From the IMG/VR virus record IMGVR_UViG_3300005758_000037, positions 1 to 64,000 of that record: a stretch of DNA of 64,000 bases. One strand, written 5' to 3'. Positions 46,651 to 55,679 of the stretch are shown piece by piece (within the stretch, counting starts at the first letter, position 1; each line of letters opens with the position of its first letter). The notes beneath the pieces are model-generated. The model saw nothing but the letters and a program-made list of their open reading frames with translations, ran no database searches and had not been told where the DNA came from. Origin of the DNA: a virus. A program made the translations under genes and the position numbers.

Positions 46651-48831
46651 TTAACCCCCAATTACAAGCTTTTCCGCTTCCTGCACATAGTAATCAAAGT
46701 CGATATCACCATCAAAGTCTTTCATATTGTTACATGTCTTGACATTCCAAGCAGTATCGATGCCCAAACGACGATCACCATCATCTTCCTTACCTTCCAG
46801 TGCTGGCATCAACTTAATAAGTTTACCACCATTTTTAGAAGGATAGTAGCGACAGATATTTTGCTGTGGTACAACTCGACCATCTTCGTATTCTAACACT
46901 AGCGAAGAACTACGAGGTACTTTTGTGCGTAGCATGAAATCAAAGATGTTTCCGGCACTGAAGTGATTTTCAACGAATTGACGGATATCAGCACCATGTA
47001 GCATTACAGCTTCAGCAGCCATTGGAATGACCAATGCAGATTGATTTTGATGCCATCCTAGACCTTCGTATTGGTATGCGCCCTTGCGTTTTGTCTTACC
47101 GTTAGTGTATACAGCAATGTAGTTGTTAACATCACGAATGATCATCTTTGAATAGTCTACAAATTCAAGTTCAAGACCTACATCTTTTTGCCACTGAGTA
47201 CAAATTTCTTTGTACTGCTCTTCGGTTTCACGAAGCATAGCAACGGTCAAACCATCAGTGTTCAACTGAATAAGCTTTAGACCGTCAATCTGCAATAGAC
47301 GATCAGCAAGCATCAGCAGTGATAACTGACCGTTGATTGTAATCGACATAGTGAACTTTGGATCATAGAACACAGAGTACTTGTCGTTGGACTTACCATA
47401 CGTACCGTTCAGTGCAAGCTTGAGCATAGCATTCTCAGCAGTGCCTTTTGCATAAGACTTGCGCTGTTCATACATGTCTTTGTAAATCACACAGAAATCT
47501 TTACTCAAATGCTCAGGATAAATCTCATTTGAGATCGCAATGTTCGGATACATAGAACTTACGTCAGCATCACGAATCATATACTTAGATGTTTCTTTTG
47601 CAATACGTTCAGACAGTGAAGCATGAACACCACCTACACCGAAATCGATGCGATAACCGTCTACAACAACGTTTAGAGTCTCAGCCACACGGTAACATCC
47701 CCAATACGATTTCTTGGGCACACGGACCTTTTTAGGCTTCTTTGTGAGGTCTGGTAGACCATCAGCATCAAGAGGGTATTCGGTCACATGGTTACCTTGT
47801 GCATCAAACAGGTATTCAGTAGCCTTTAGCTCTTCTTCTTCAATCCAACCCATAGGGTGTTCACGCTTGAATTCTGAAAGCTCTTTATCGTCTGGTTTAC
47901 TCTTGAACTTCTTGCGCTTGACAGTCATTTCTGCGTACTTTGCAACATCACCTAGTTCATGCTCTTCAAGCTCAGAAAATACACCTTTGGTTTCGGTGAT
48001 TACCTGACGAGAAAACCAATCATAGACGGCCTGAAATTCTGGACGATCAAACCTGTAGTACTTGAACAGGCAGTCAGCAATAGCGATTTTGGTGCGCTTG
48101 GTTTGGTTCAGAACTTTCTTACCGTCCTTGAATACATGCAGTTTTACACCCGCTTCATCTAGTTTCATCTGGAAGTACTCAGCACCGATCTTTGTATCGT
48201 CTGCATTCAATACAACATTACCCATTGTCTCTGACATTTTGAATCGGAAGTCAACTTGTTCCTGAGATTTCAGCAGGAATTGTCGAGTTGCTTCTACGTC
48301 ATGCTCGTTGTAAGCTACAATCTTTGCAATGTCTTCTTCTGACAGTTCAGCATTGATATCGAATGGTAGGTCTTCGATGTTATCAAGACGCATGTTGAAT
48401 TCCAGCATTTTAAGGCTGGTTGACTTTGCTTTGTTGTTGAAGTGATGGATACGATAGAGGTCCAACTGCTTTATGAACTGCTCTTCAGAACGGACGGTGT
48501 TACCGAAACCGTTATCTTTGAAAGAGTCAATCTGTTCTTGTGCCCATGCAAACACTTTGTGTGCAATACCTAGACCTGTCTTTGGTAGACGATCACGCTG
48601 TAGGATGAACTTATGAACAATTGGGTAGTCGAATCCAATGTTGTTAAAACCAACAAGGAAATGCTCGTTTTCAGCAATGTAGTCAACGCATTTTAGGATA
48701 CCTTGATAATCATTCTGGAACTTAGAACATACAAAGGTTTTCTTGAACTTACCATCAGCACGAACAACACTGAAGGTGAAAGCTTCTTTGTATGTCTCAA
48801 TGTCATATACCCATAGCTTTGTCAATTCCAT
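46651..48831 (-). CDS. DNA polymerase, family B, with 3'-5' exonuclease domain
   Basis: Exo I VYDIET, Exo II GFNNIGFDYPIV, Exo III AYNEHDVEAT. Pol motif A DADVSSMYPNIAI, motif B KLALNGTYGKSN, motif C LNTDGLTV. Confidence 0.88.
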   Translation of the reverse strand: MELTKLWVYDIETYKEAFTFSVVRADGKFKKTFVCSKFQNDYQGILKCVDYIAENEHFLVGFNNIGFDYPIVHKFILQRDRLPKTGLGIAHKVFAWAQEQIDSFKDNGFGNTVRSEEQFIKQLDLYRIHHFNNKAKSTSLKMLEFNMRLDNIEDLPFDINAELSEEDIAKIVAYNEHDVEATRQFLLKSQEQVDFRFKMSETMGNVVLNADDTKIGAEYFQMKLDEAGVKLHVFKDGKKVLNQTKRTKIAIADCLFKYYRFDRPEFQAVYDWFSRQVITETKGVFSELEEHELGDVAKYAEMTVKRKKFKSKPDDKELSEFKREHPMGWIEEEELKATEYLFDAQGNHVTEYPLDADGLPDLTKKPKKVRVPKKSYWGCYRVAETLNVVVDGYRIDFGVGGVHASLSERIAKETSKYMIRDADVSSMYPNIAISNEIYPEHLSKDFCVIYKDMYEQRKSYAKGTAENAMLKLALNGTYGKSNDKYSVFYDPKFTMSITINGQLSLLMLADRLLQIDGLKLIQLNTDGLTVAMLRETEEQYKEICTQWQKDVGLELEFVDYSKMIIRDVNNYIAVYTNGKTKRKGAYQYEGLGWHQNQSALVIPMAAEAVMLHGADIRQFVENHFSAGNIFDFMLRTKVPRSSSLVLEYEDGRVVPQQNICRYYPSKNGGKLIKLMPALEGKEDDGDRRLGIDTAWNVKTCNNMKDFDGDIDFDYYVQEAEKLVIGG

Positions 48832-48845
48832 CTTTTACTGCTCCA

Positions 48846-48880
48846 AATAAAGAAAACCTAGAGTCTATCACAACTCTAGG
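48846..48880 (-). terminator. hairpin + U-tract between primase-helicase and polymerase genes (minus strand)
   Basis: Reverse complement reads CCTAGAGT-tgtgatag-ACTCTAGG followed by TTTTCTTTATTT. Confidence 0.6.
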
Positions 48881-48890
48881 CTTCTGTCAA
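48862..48890 (-). promoter_or_regulatory. possible promoter overlapping the terminator hairpin
   Basis: Reverse complement reads TTGACA (48890-48885), 17-nt spacer, TAGACT (48867-48862). Confidence 0.35.
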
Positions 48891-48892
48891 CT

Positions 48893-50665
48893 TCAATTTG
48901 CGTTGTTGTTCAACCATTCGTCAAGGTTGTGCAACGTGTGTGTTTCGTTATCATAGTATACCATACCAGCAGGACCGGTGATACCACAAATACGATTCTT
49001 ACTGAGTACAACTTTTGTAGTGTTGCGCTCAACGGGGTCTTCAGCATACTTATTCCGACTTAGCAGAATGTTAGCAGATGCAGACTTAATGATAGTAGAA
49101 CTACCTTGAATTTCTTCTTCGGTGAAGTTAGCACCTTGTGAAGAATTCGCAGTACCAGCAGCAGATTTACGAACGTGGTTGATAAAGATCAAAGTTACAT
49201 TGTGACTCTTGATGATGCCTTTAGCCCACTTCATAAACAATGCTTGTTCATCAATACCTAAACCATCCAGAATATCCTGCAATGGATCAAGCACAATGAT
49301 TCTGCAACCGCACGACACTACCAGTTCTTCAACAGTATCTTGAATTTCTTCAATACTACCATCACGGTTATCCAATAGAAAGAATCGGTGTTGACCATCT
49401 TCATTGTAGAACAATTCATTTGCTTTTTCACGAACATTGTCAGATTCTAGCAATTGCTTCTTTGCACCATCGTCCTGAATCAACGATAGCTTACGACTCA
49501 AATGCCGACCTAGCAAAGTTTCACCATATTGACCAGAATCAAGTTCCATAGAAACGATACCAATCTTATGTGGTGAATTGAAAATCCAGTAGTAAATCAT
49601 TTCGTTAACGAATGATGTTTTACCTAGACCAGTACCAGCAGCAACGTTAATAATGTGACCCAATGGAAGACCACCAACCAACATGTCGTTCAATGTCTTC
49701 ATGAATGGTGGAAATGGTACTTTAGGAATTACTGCCTGTTCCAAAATCTTGGAGTATAGATCACCAGAACCAACCACGCCAACAGGCGTATAACGTTTTG
49801 CATTGTAGAAGTCTGCAACAAAATCTTTGCCAGCATCATTCTCAAGGTATTCATTTGCGTCCTTATAACGTAGACCCATTACTTTGACTTTACCTTTTGG
49901 TAGTGCCTTAACTACGTTCTCAATTGCTTCTTTACCAGCCTTGTCATTGTCATAGCATAGAATGATATTATCAAACGAATCAAAGAACTTGTATTGACCG
50001 GCAATTTGTTTGTGCGAGTTTGCACCGGTAGTTGGACTAACGACAGCAGTTTCAAACGTACTACCACGAGTTTTAGCATAGTCAGCAAGCATTTGATATG
50101 CAGACAACGCATCAACTTCACCTTCGGTAATTACGATGTACTTACCACCACGATTGAATCGGAATTGACCGAATAGCTCACAGTCAGCACCAGTACGACC
50201 AATAGAACGGAAATTCTTTGGTACTTCACGAATCTTGTAACCAGTCAATTGACCTTCTTGTGTTACAGGATAATATTGTTCGATTACTTCACCAGTAGCT
50301 TCTGAATACGCATAACGAACACCATAACCTTTACTAGTTTCAAGTGAAATACCACGAAAACCTTTAGGATCAGGTGAAGTTTCAGATTTAATCTCGTTGC
50401 GTTGTTCTTCAGTAATCACCGGCTTGTTACTAGGTTTCACTTCCATAATTTCTTCCTTTCCTACAGTCGATTTCACTCTCGATGGTTTTGATTTCTTGAA
50501 TTCAGATTTTATCTCATTGGACAAGGTTTTATCACTACAAACCCAACAGTAGTGGCTTCCGTCTTCATAAATTGCCTTACCATCGGAGGAACCGCAAACT
50601 TTACATTCTTCATGTCTTACGAAATTTCCCACCAATTCTTCCTTTCTGAGATTTATGAACACCAT
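48893..50665 (-). CDS. bifunctional primase-helicase (T7 gp4-like)
   Basis: Zn finger CKVCGS...HYCWVC. TOPRIM ITEGEVDALS and YDNDKAGKEA. DnaB-type Walker A AAGTGLGKTSF and later helicase motifs. Confidence 0.88.
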   Translation of the reverse strand: MVFINLRKEELVGNFVRHEECKVCGSSDGKAIYEDGSHYCWVCSDKTLSNEIKSEFKKSKPSRVKSTVGKEEIMEVKPSNKPVITEEQRNEIKSETSPDPKGFRGISLETSKGYGVRYAYSEATGEVIEQYYPVTQEGQLTGYKIREVPKNFRSIGRTGADCELFGQFRFNRGGKYIVITEGEVDALSAYQMLADYAKTRGSTFETAVVSPTTGANSHKQIAGQYKFFDSFDNIILCYDNDKAGKEAIENVVKALPKGKVKVMGLRYKDANEYLENDAGKDFVADFYNAKRYTPVGVVGSGDLYSKILEQAVIPKVPFPPFMKTLNDMLVGGLPLGHIINVAAGTGLGKTSFVNEMIYYWIFNSPHKIGIVSMELDSGQYGETLLGRHLSRKLSLIQDDGAKKQLLESDNVREKANELFYNEDGQHRFFLLDNRDGSIEEIQDTVEELVVSCGCRIIVLDPLQDILDGLGIDEQALFMKWAKGIIKSHNVTLIFINHVRKSAAGTANSSQGANFTEEEIQGSSTIIKSASANILLSRNKYAEDPVERNTTKVVLSKNRICGITGPAGMVYYDNETHTLHNLDEWLNNNAN

Positions 50666-51143
50666 TAGTTTTCAACACACTAGCAATGGTTTCACTCGTT
50701 TTACCTAATGCTCTACCAATTTTTGCATTAGACCACCCCTGATTTCGCAATAACAGAACTACTTCAACATAATCAGAATAATTTTCTTTTCCTGTCAAAC
50801 CCATTCTTACAGCATGTTGAGCATTACCTTTATGAGTTGTCCATTCCAAATTGGATATTGCGTTATTATCTCTAGTACCATCTAGATGATTGACAAGCAA
50901 AGATTCACACCCTTCTTGATAATTAAAGCACATCATTATTAATCTGTGAATTCTATGTAGAGTACCAACGCCATTTTCATCATATAAGGTGACGTATTTG
51001 TAACCATTACCATCTGTCCGATGTTTTAAGGTCTTACCTTTCACAGTACGCCACCCATTACTACATCGAACTAATTTATCGAATGAGGTAATAGTACCAT
51101 CACGATCAATCTTGTATTGTCCATTGTACAAATATACAAACAT
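50610..51143 (-). CDS. HNH homing endonuclease (HNH_3-type) with C-terminal HTH
   Basis: ...LHRIHRLIMMCF...LLVNHLDGTRDNNAISNLEWTTHKGNAQHA core and C-terminal QGWSNAKIGRALGKTSETIASVL. Overlaps the primase-helicase start. Confidence 0.8.
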   Translation of the reverse strand: MFVYLYNGQYKIDRDGTITSFDKLVRCSNGWRTVKGKTLKHRTDGNGYKYVTLYDENGVGTLHRIHRLIMMCFNYQEGCESLLVNHLDGTRDNNAISNLEWTTHKGNAQHAVRMGLTGKENYSDYVEVVLLLRNQGWSNAKIGRALGKTSETIASVLKTNGVHKSQKGRIGGKFRKT

Positions 51144-52162
51144 TACTCTCCTGTTTTAAGTAGCCATTTATTTGAAATAGCTTTGAAGCTCCGATCATGA
51201 ACACTTTCTGACTTAAACACGATACCTTCACGTTCAGAACCATTCAAACGTGACTTACCTTCAGCTTCACTGAGGATGCTCTGAATGCTACTACCGACTA
51301 GGGTAATACCTTCAGCTAGAATTGGTATGTGATTCAGACCAAGACGTTCACAAGCCGCTTTAAGCTGTGAAGGCAAAATATATTCACCTGTCCTAGTATT
51401 GTACATGTCGTAAACGTAGAAGTCAAGTACAACTTTATACTGATTTCCTTGGATACCTTCACCAATCATTTCACCTTGAATAGCCATTCCCTTCATGTTG
51501 TTTCGACGCATAATACCTTCGATATCATACTTTTTGGCAGTCTTCCAGAAACTATTGTTTTCATCTTCTTTCAGATCAAGGTTGCGTGAACACACATGGA
51601 ACTGATCTTCGTCATCAAGATAGAAGGTACAAGACGAACCATCAAGTTTTTCTGTAACAGACCAAGTATCTTCCATGAACTTATCGAACTGCTTACTGAG
51701 GTTTTGAATGCGCTCCTGATCAGTTTTTGGTACTAGTGCAGGGAAATTACCACGCACTTGACCAGCAAGCTGTGCAGGAATCGGACGTTCCCACTTTTGC
51801 ACATTCAATGGTACAGATACATCTAGGTCTTCAAATAGAAGACTTTCAATATTCTTACAAGTTGGCTCAAGAGGTAGCAATAGACCTTGTGAGATTTGAC
51901 CACGTAGTTTTACTGTACGCAGACGTTCGCCTTTAACACCATTGTATTCACGAGGTTCAGTACCTTTAGTTAGAAATGGTGCTAGTTCGTTTGGAACCCA
52001 AGAATCGATTTCTAGGTACACCGCAAGCGAATTTACTTCAAATTCATTTTTCTTTACTACAACTTTCCAACCACCAACTGTTGCTACTTCAATTTGATCT
52101 GCACCTTCAATGGGATCGATAGCATCGATTTTACGAATTGTTGCCATTGCACGTTCTGACAT
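51143..52162 (-). CDS. RNA ligase (DRB0094/Rnl5-like, N-terminal OB domain)
   Basis: N-terminal ATIRKIDAIDPIEGADQIEVATVGGWKVVVKKNEF...VYLEIDSWVP and adenylyltransferase motif I TEKLDGSS. Confidence 0.7.
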   Translation of the reverse strand: MSERAMATIRKIDAIDPIEGADQIEVATVGGWKVVVKKNEFEVNSLAVYLEIDSWVPNELAPFLTKGTEPREYNGVKGERLRTVKLRGQISQGLLLPLEPTCKNIESLLFEDLDVSVPLNVQKWERPIPAQLAGQVRGNFPALVPKTDQERIQNLSKQFDKFMEDTWSVTEKLDGSSCTFYLDDEDQFHVCSRNLDLKEDENNSFWKTAKKYDIEGIMRRNNMKGMAIQGEMIGEGIQGNQYKVVLDFYVYDMYNTRTGEYILPSQLKAACERLGLNHIPILAEGITLVGSSIQSILSEAEGKSRLNGSEREGIVFKSESVHDRSFKAISNKWLLKTGE

Positions 52163-53061
52163 TACATATCTCCTTCTGCACGAATTCCTACAAAAACTGG
52201 AAATCTCGGTACTTTGTATCCATTGCCTACATCAAAATATTTGACTTTAGCTAACTTACCAATCAATCCGTCACGTTCAGCCCACATTGTATCACGAAGT
52301 TTGTCCGTAAAACCACTACCGCATGTAAAAACTTCACCTTCTTTTGTCTGCAAGATCAATGCTCCCATTGTATCAAGTGCTTTCATACCTGCTTTTGCAG
52401 TGCTACGCTCAGTACGACCTAGTTCATTAATCTTAGCTTCATTCGTGTTTGTGTACTTTGGTTCAAAACCAATGACCAAGAACTCGTTGTCAACAAAGCG
52501 TTTTACTTTTTGTAGTTCTGGATTCTTTGTGCCAGAACGACCACACTTGTATTTAGCGTCAGAATCTCTCAACATAACACCTTCTGCACCCTGCGCTAGC
52601 ATCTCAGCTTCAAAGTCGTCAATATCAGACATTTGATCTACAGCAAAATGCTCCAGCAATACAACTCGATCAATTGGTGAGTCTTTTAGTTTATTTTTGA
52701 CATAAGCATACCGAGCCAACCAACTTTCAGTAGGATGATATTTATCAAATACCCAAAAAGTGAAATCGGGTTCTCCATCGTGCCGCATTACACCGCTTGT
52801 GCTTTGATTAAACACATCAGGAGCGTTTTTATTACCTACGATAAGCTCACCGTCCATACCTTCGAAGAAATCAGCATGGCGCTTGAAATAAGCCTGAATA
52901 AAGCTATTTGGAATTGGTTTGAGACTGCGTGAGTATCCTACACCACCAAAAACTACACAGCGAATGCCATCTAGCTTTTCAGACATGTACATGTTTGCTG
53001 GCGCAGTCTTTACTTTGCTATGCTCGATAGCGAGAAGTGGTTTGAAACCTTCTGGAATCAT
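52162..53061 (-). CDS. ATP-dependent DNA ligase
   Basis: Motif I SEKLDGIRC, motif IV EGVMLR, motif V ..LQKVKRF. 299 aa (minimal phage ligase size). Confidence 0.8.
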   Translation of the reverse strand: MIPEGFKPLLAIEHSKVKTAPANMYMSEKLDGIRCVVFGGVGYSRSLKPIPNSFIQAYFKRHADFFEGMDGELIVGNKNAPDVFNQSTSGVMRHDGEPDFTFWVFDKYHPTESWLARYAYVKNKLKDSPIDRVVLLEHFAVDQMSDIDDFEAEMLAQGAEGVMLRDSDAKYKCGRSGTKNPELQKVKRFVDNEFLVIGFEPKYTNTNEAKINELGRTERSTAKAGMKALDTMGALILQTKEGEVFTCGSGFTDKLRDTMWAERDGLIGKLAKVKYFDVGNGYKVPRFPVFVGIRAEGDM

Positions 53062-53399
53062 TCTTGATCCTCCTTAGGAATTGAACATGCAATGATTGTA
53101 CCATAACTTGGTGTAGAAATGTAACCCATGTAGCATGCATCACCTTCTTTTAATGATTCATCAAATTCTTTTCTGTCATAAGAAATATTATGAATCACTT
53201 GGTATGGATACTGTTTAGTGAAGTCTTTTACTTGTGGTTCGCTATCAAGATAGTTTTGTTTGAAAATACCGCACTTTGGTGCAGCGTAACCAACAAAGAA
53301 AGCACGAGGGTGAATGTGATTGATACTTCTTACATTGTGCTTATTTCTTTTTGCAAACTCTAACAACGCCTTCTTTGCTCTTTGTTCAGCTTTTGTCAT
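53058..53399 (-). CDS. hypothetical protein
   Basis: 113-aa ORF, ATGA-coupled to the ligase gene. Confidence 0.6.
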   Translation of the reverse strand: MTKAEQRAKKALLEFAKRNKHNVRSINHIHPRAFFVGYAAPKCGIFKQNYLDSEPQVKDFTKQYPYQVIHNISYDRKEFDESLKEGDACYMGYISTPSYGTIIACSIPKEDQE

Positions 53400-53492
53400 C
53401 GTGGACCTACTTTCATAATTCGATATCGCTTGTTACCAATCTTCAGATAAAGACCTGCGTAGTAAAACATCTTTGGTGATTGCCAGATTAAT

Positions 53493-53834
53493 TTAGGAAC
53501 CACCATAAGAAAGATTCTCCAATGTTTTAATAATAGCATCTGCAATTTTGGTTAAATGCTCTACACGTAGTTTTTCTGTCGGGAACTGACCGAGCCAACC
53601 CGAGTATTCTTTGAAGTGATACTCATAAACTTTAGTTCCACCAACATCAGGGAACGCACAATATAGCATACCATAACGAAGTCTGACGTAACCAACAATG
53701 TATGTTACACCATCAAGACCTTCGTAAATTACATCATACTGTTCTGGACAAGCACCACAAGTACCGATGAATTTTAAACCATTGATTACATAATCAGGTT
53801 TGTTATTTGCATATTGACTGTCGTAAGGTTTCAT
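53493..53834 (-). CDS. hypothetical protein
   Basis: 113-aa ORF overlapping the upstream stop. Confidence 0.6.
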   Translation of the reverse strand: MKPYDSQYANNKPDYVINGLKFIGTCGACPEQYDVIYEGLDGVTYIVGYVRLRYGMLYCAFPDVGGTKVYEYHFKEYSGWLGQFPTEKLRVEHLTKIADAIIKTLENLSYGGS

Positions 53835-54016
53835 TCTTCATCCTTTTTGTACAATTCTTTTCTTCTTTTGTTCCACATTTTCATTGCTTTATTGTAACCC
53901 GTCCAATTATCAACACCAGAATCTTCAAGTGCTTCAAGGATCAATGATCTGGATTCGAGTTCTTTAAAATATTCTTCGTCAACCATTATAATTTTATCAC
54001 CAACTTTCATTTTCAC
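53831..54016 (-). CDS. hypothetical protein (61 aa)
   Basis: Tightly packed ORF. Confidence 0.5.
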   Translation of the reverse strand: MKMKVGDKIIMVDEEYFKELESRSLILEALEDSGVDNWTGYNKAMKMWNKRRKELYKKDEE

Positions 54017-54356
54017 CTTTCAGTTTATTGATTTCTTCTTGCAATTTTAGCTCAACAAGTTCAAGCGTTTGTTTACCAATATTGCTTTCTGCGACTTTTT
54101 CTGTAGCGTAAGCACCTGCCATCAACCACATTGTTTTCTCAGATGGTAGGAAAACTTTAAATATACCACAGCAGATCAAAAGTACAAAGGGCCACTTGTA
54201 GAATTTACCACGATTCTTCCAATTTGACTCGTTCGCAATAAGATAACCGAAAACATATAGTGCATAAATAATTGCTGTTGATACAAAAACAACACTAAGG
54301 AAATTAGACATGGAACTAATAACACCTGCGAAATAAACTAACAATGCCAATGTCAT
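53997..54356 (-). CDS. membrane protein
   Basis: 119 aa with three hydrophobic helices followed by a coiled-coil tail. Confidence 0.6.
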   Translation of the reverse strand: MTLALLVYFAGVISSMSNFLSVVFVSTAIIYALYVFGYLIANESNWKNRGKFYKWPFVLLICCGIFKVFLPSEKTMWLMAGAYATEKVAESNIGKQTLELVELKLQEEINKLKGENESW

Positions 54357-54487
54357 TTCAGTACTCCCAAAATCATATTAATGCCTTGTATAACTTGCAT
54401 TTGTTCCATAGGATTCAATTGTTGCCAGCTACGGCTTACACCAAACTTTGCTGATACAGCTTGCCAGAATTTCTCTACGTCACTCAT
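54353..54487 (-). CDS. small protein (44 aa, below ORF-track cutoff)
   Basis: ATGA overlaps at both ends fill an otherwise empty 130-nt gap: MSDVEKFWQAVSAKFGVSRSWQQLNPMEQMQVIQGINMILGVLK. Confidence 0.5.
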   Translation of the reverse strand: MSDVEKFWQAVSAKFGVSRSWQQLNPMEQMQVIQGINMILGVLK

Positions 54488-54909
54488 TGTTCAACCTTTC
54501 GAATGTTGTGTTTCAGTCTATATTCTACTTCACTTCCGAAGAGTTTTTCAACATATGTACCTTCGATATGATGTTGAGTACGAAGAATATTTCCAATGTG
54601 ATCATCTGTCATATCACATAGTGCAATATAAATACCTTGTGGATGTTCACCGTTCTTACCATATGACCGCCACACAAACGCCATACGTACTACTTCAAAA
54701 TTATCGTCTGAGTATACCGTCAAATCTTCTGCTGGAACAATGTTAATTGATCTACGAAGATAGTGATTGCCACCATCTACAATATAAGTTTCACCAGTAA
54801 TTGTATCTACATGTTCAACATAGTCATGCACATGATAACTACGCAGATAAGTACCATCGGGCGTAATAATTGCATTACGAATAATAAAATTGTCAGTCTT
54901 CATCTTCAT
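54484..54909 (-). CDS. hypothetical protein
   Basis: About 141-aa ORF with several in-frame ATG/GTG starts at 54912-54901. No motif recognised. Confidence 0.65.
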   Translation of the reverse strand: MKMKTDNFIIRNAIITPDGTYLRSYHVHDYVEHVDTITGETYIVDGGNHYLRRSINIVPAEDLTVYSDDNFEVVRMAFVWRSYGKNGEHPQGIYIALCDMTDDHIGNILRTQHHIEGTYVEKLFGSEVEYRLKHNIRKVEQ

Positions 54910-55051
54910 CACTCCATACTTCTACAAGTTCAGAATCAAGTGCAGTTGAGTCGAATTGTTCAAACGCAAGTTTGATTGCTTCATCTTCAGTCATTGCGGT
55001 ATCAATCACAAGTGTTTCTTCAACTTTGATTGTAACATAATAAGTTGCCAT
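54893..55051 (-). CDS. small acidic protein (52 aa, below ORF-track cutoff)
   Basis: AAAGG RBS + ATG at 55051. MATYYVTIKVEETLVIDTAMTEDEAIKLAFEQFDSTALDSELVEVWSDEDED. The stop overlaps the next gene's start region. Confidence 0.5.
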   Translation of the reverse strand: MATYYVTIKVEETLVIDTAMTEDEAIKLAFEQFDSTALDSELVEVWSDEDED

Positions 55052-55171
55052 GATTACCTTTCGATTTTAGGGTTGACGATTGCGCCGGGACTCTTACGTA
55101 GTTGCATCAAATGCCACATTGCATCTTGCTGGTTGCAAACATACATCTTGTCCTGAATTGTACCACAGGAT

Positions 55172-55498
55172 TTAACTTCCTGCCAAACCAGTTTGACTGT
55201 ATGTTGACTTGTTGTTTTCTTCCAACCACTTCCTGATCGATTCTGCACGTTCATTGATTTGCCTTTCGTATTCACACTTCATTTCTTCGGTTGCTGGAAC
55301 GTACATTGTATTACGAGTTTCAAAGCTTCCATCAGGAAATTTCTTTAGAACCGTAGATGTACGTACATTAGGACAAGAACCAAGGTGAGGATGATCAAGA
55401 ACTACTTCTAAACCAGCTACTTCATTCTTTGAATCCCACATCCAATAGTGCGGTTCACCTAGATAGTATACAGTAGGTTTTTCACTTTGTGTTGTCAT
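55172..55498 (-). CDS. hypothetical protein, first gene of leftward block
   Basis: 108-aa ORF with an AAAGGAAA RBS, downstream of the minus-strand promoter candidates. Confidence 0.65.
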   Translation of the reverse strand: MTTQSEKPTVYYLGEPHYWMWDSKNEVAGLEVVLDHPHLGSCPNVRTSTVLKKFPDGSFETRNTMYVPATEEMKCEYERQINERAESIRKWLEENNKSTYSQTGLAGS

Positions 55499-55527
55499 GT
55501 TACAATTTCCTTTCGATGTTACGTCAG

Positions 55528-55556
55528 TTAATACTGAAGTTATAAAAATAATTCAA
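55528..55556 (-). promoter_or_regulatory. candidate leftward early promoter
   Basis: Reverse complement reads TTGAAT (55556-55551), 17-nt spacer, TATTAA (55533-55528). A second candidate, TTGAAC-N17-TTATAA, lies 12 nt upstream (55568-55540). Confidence 0.4.
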
Positions 55557-55679
55557 CCCTGAGTTCAACCCTTGAGACAAACCCTCTCGACTCCCCCTGA
55601 TCCCCCTCAGGGACTGAATTGTACAGAGTTTCGCAAACCTTGTCAAGAGGGTGGCAACAAAATATTTTTACACTGGGTC

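Noticed and set aside
52214-52636. 140-aa + strand ORF
   Set aside because: It lies entirely antisense within the DNA ligase gene, whose motifs are clear. It has no RBS and a Ser/Pro-rich low-complexity translation.
54381-54746. 121-aa + strand ORF
   Set aside because: It is antisense to two tightly coupled minus-strand genes (54353..54487 and 54484..54909) and is isolated on the + strand within a 23-kb minus-strand block.
55054-55275. 73-aa minus-strand ORF overlapping 55172..55498 by about 100 nt
   Set aside because: The overlap with the better-supported 108-aa ORF makes the full-length version unlikely. Only a 30-aa remnant (ATG 55146, MYVCNQQ...) would fit the 120-nt gap, which is too short to support from sequence alone.
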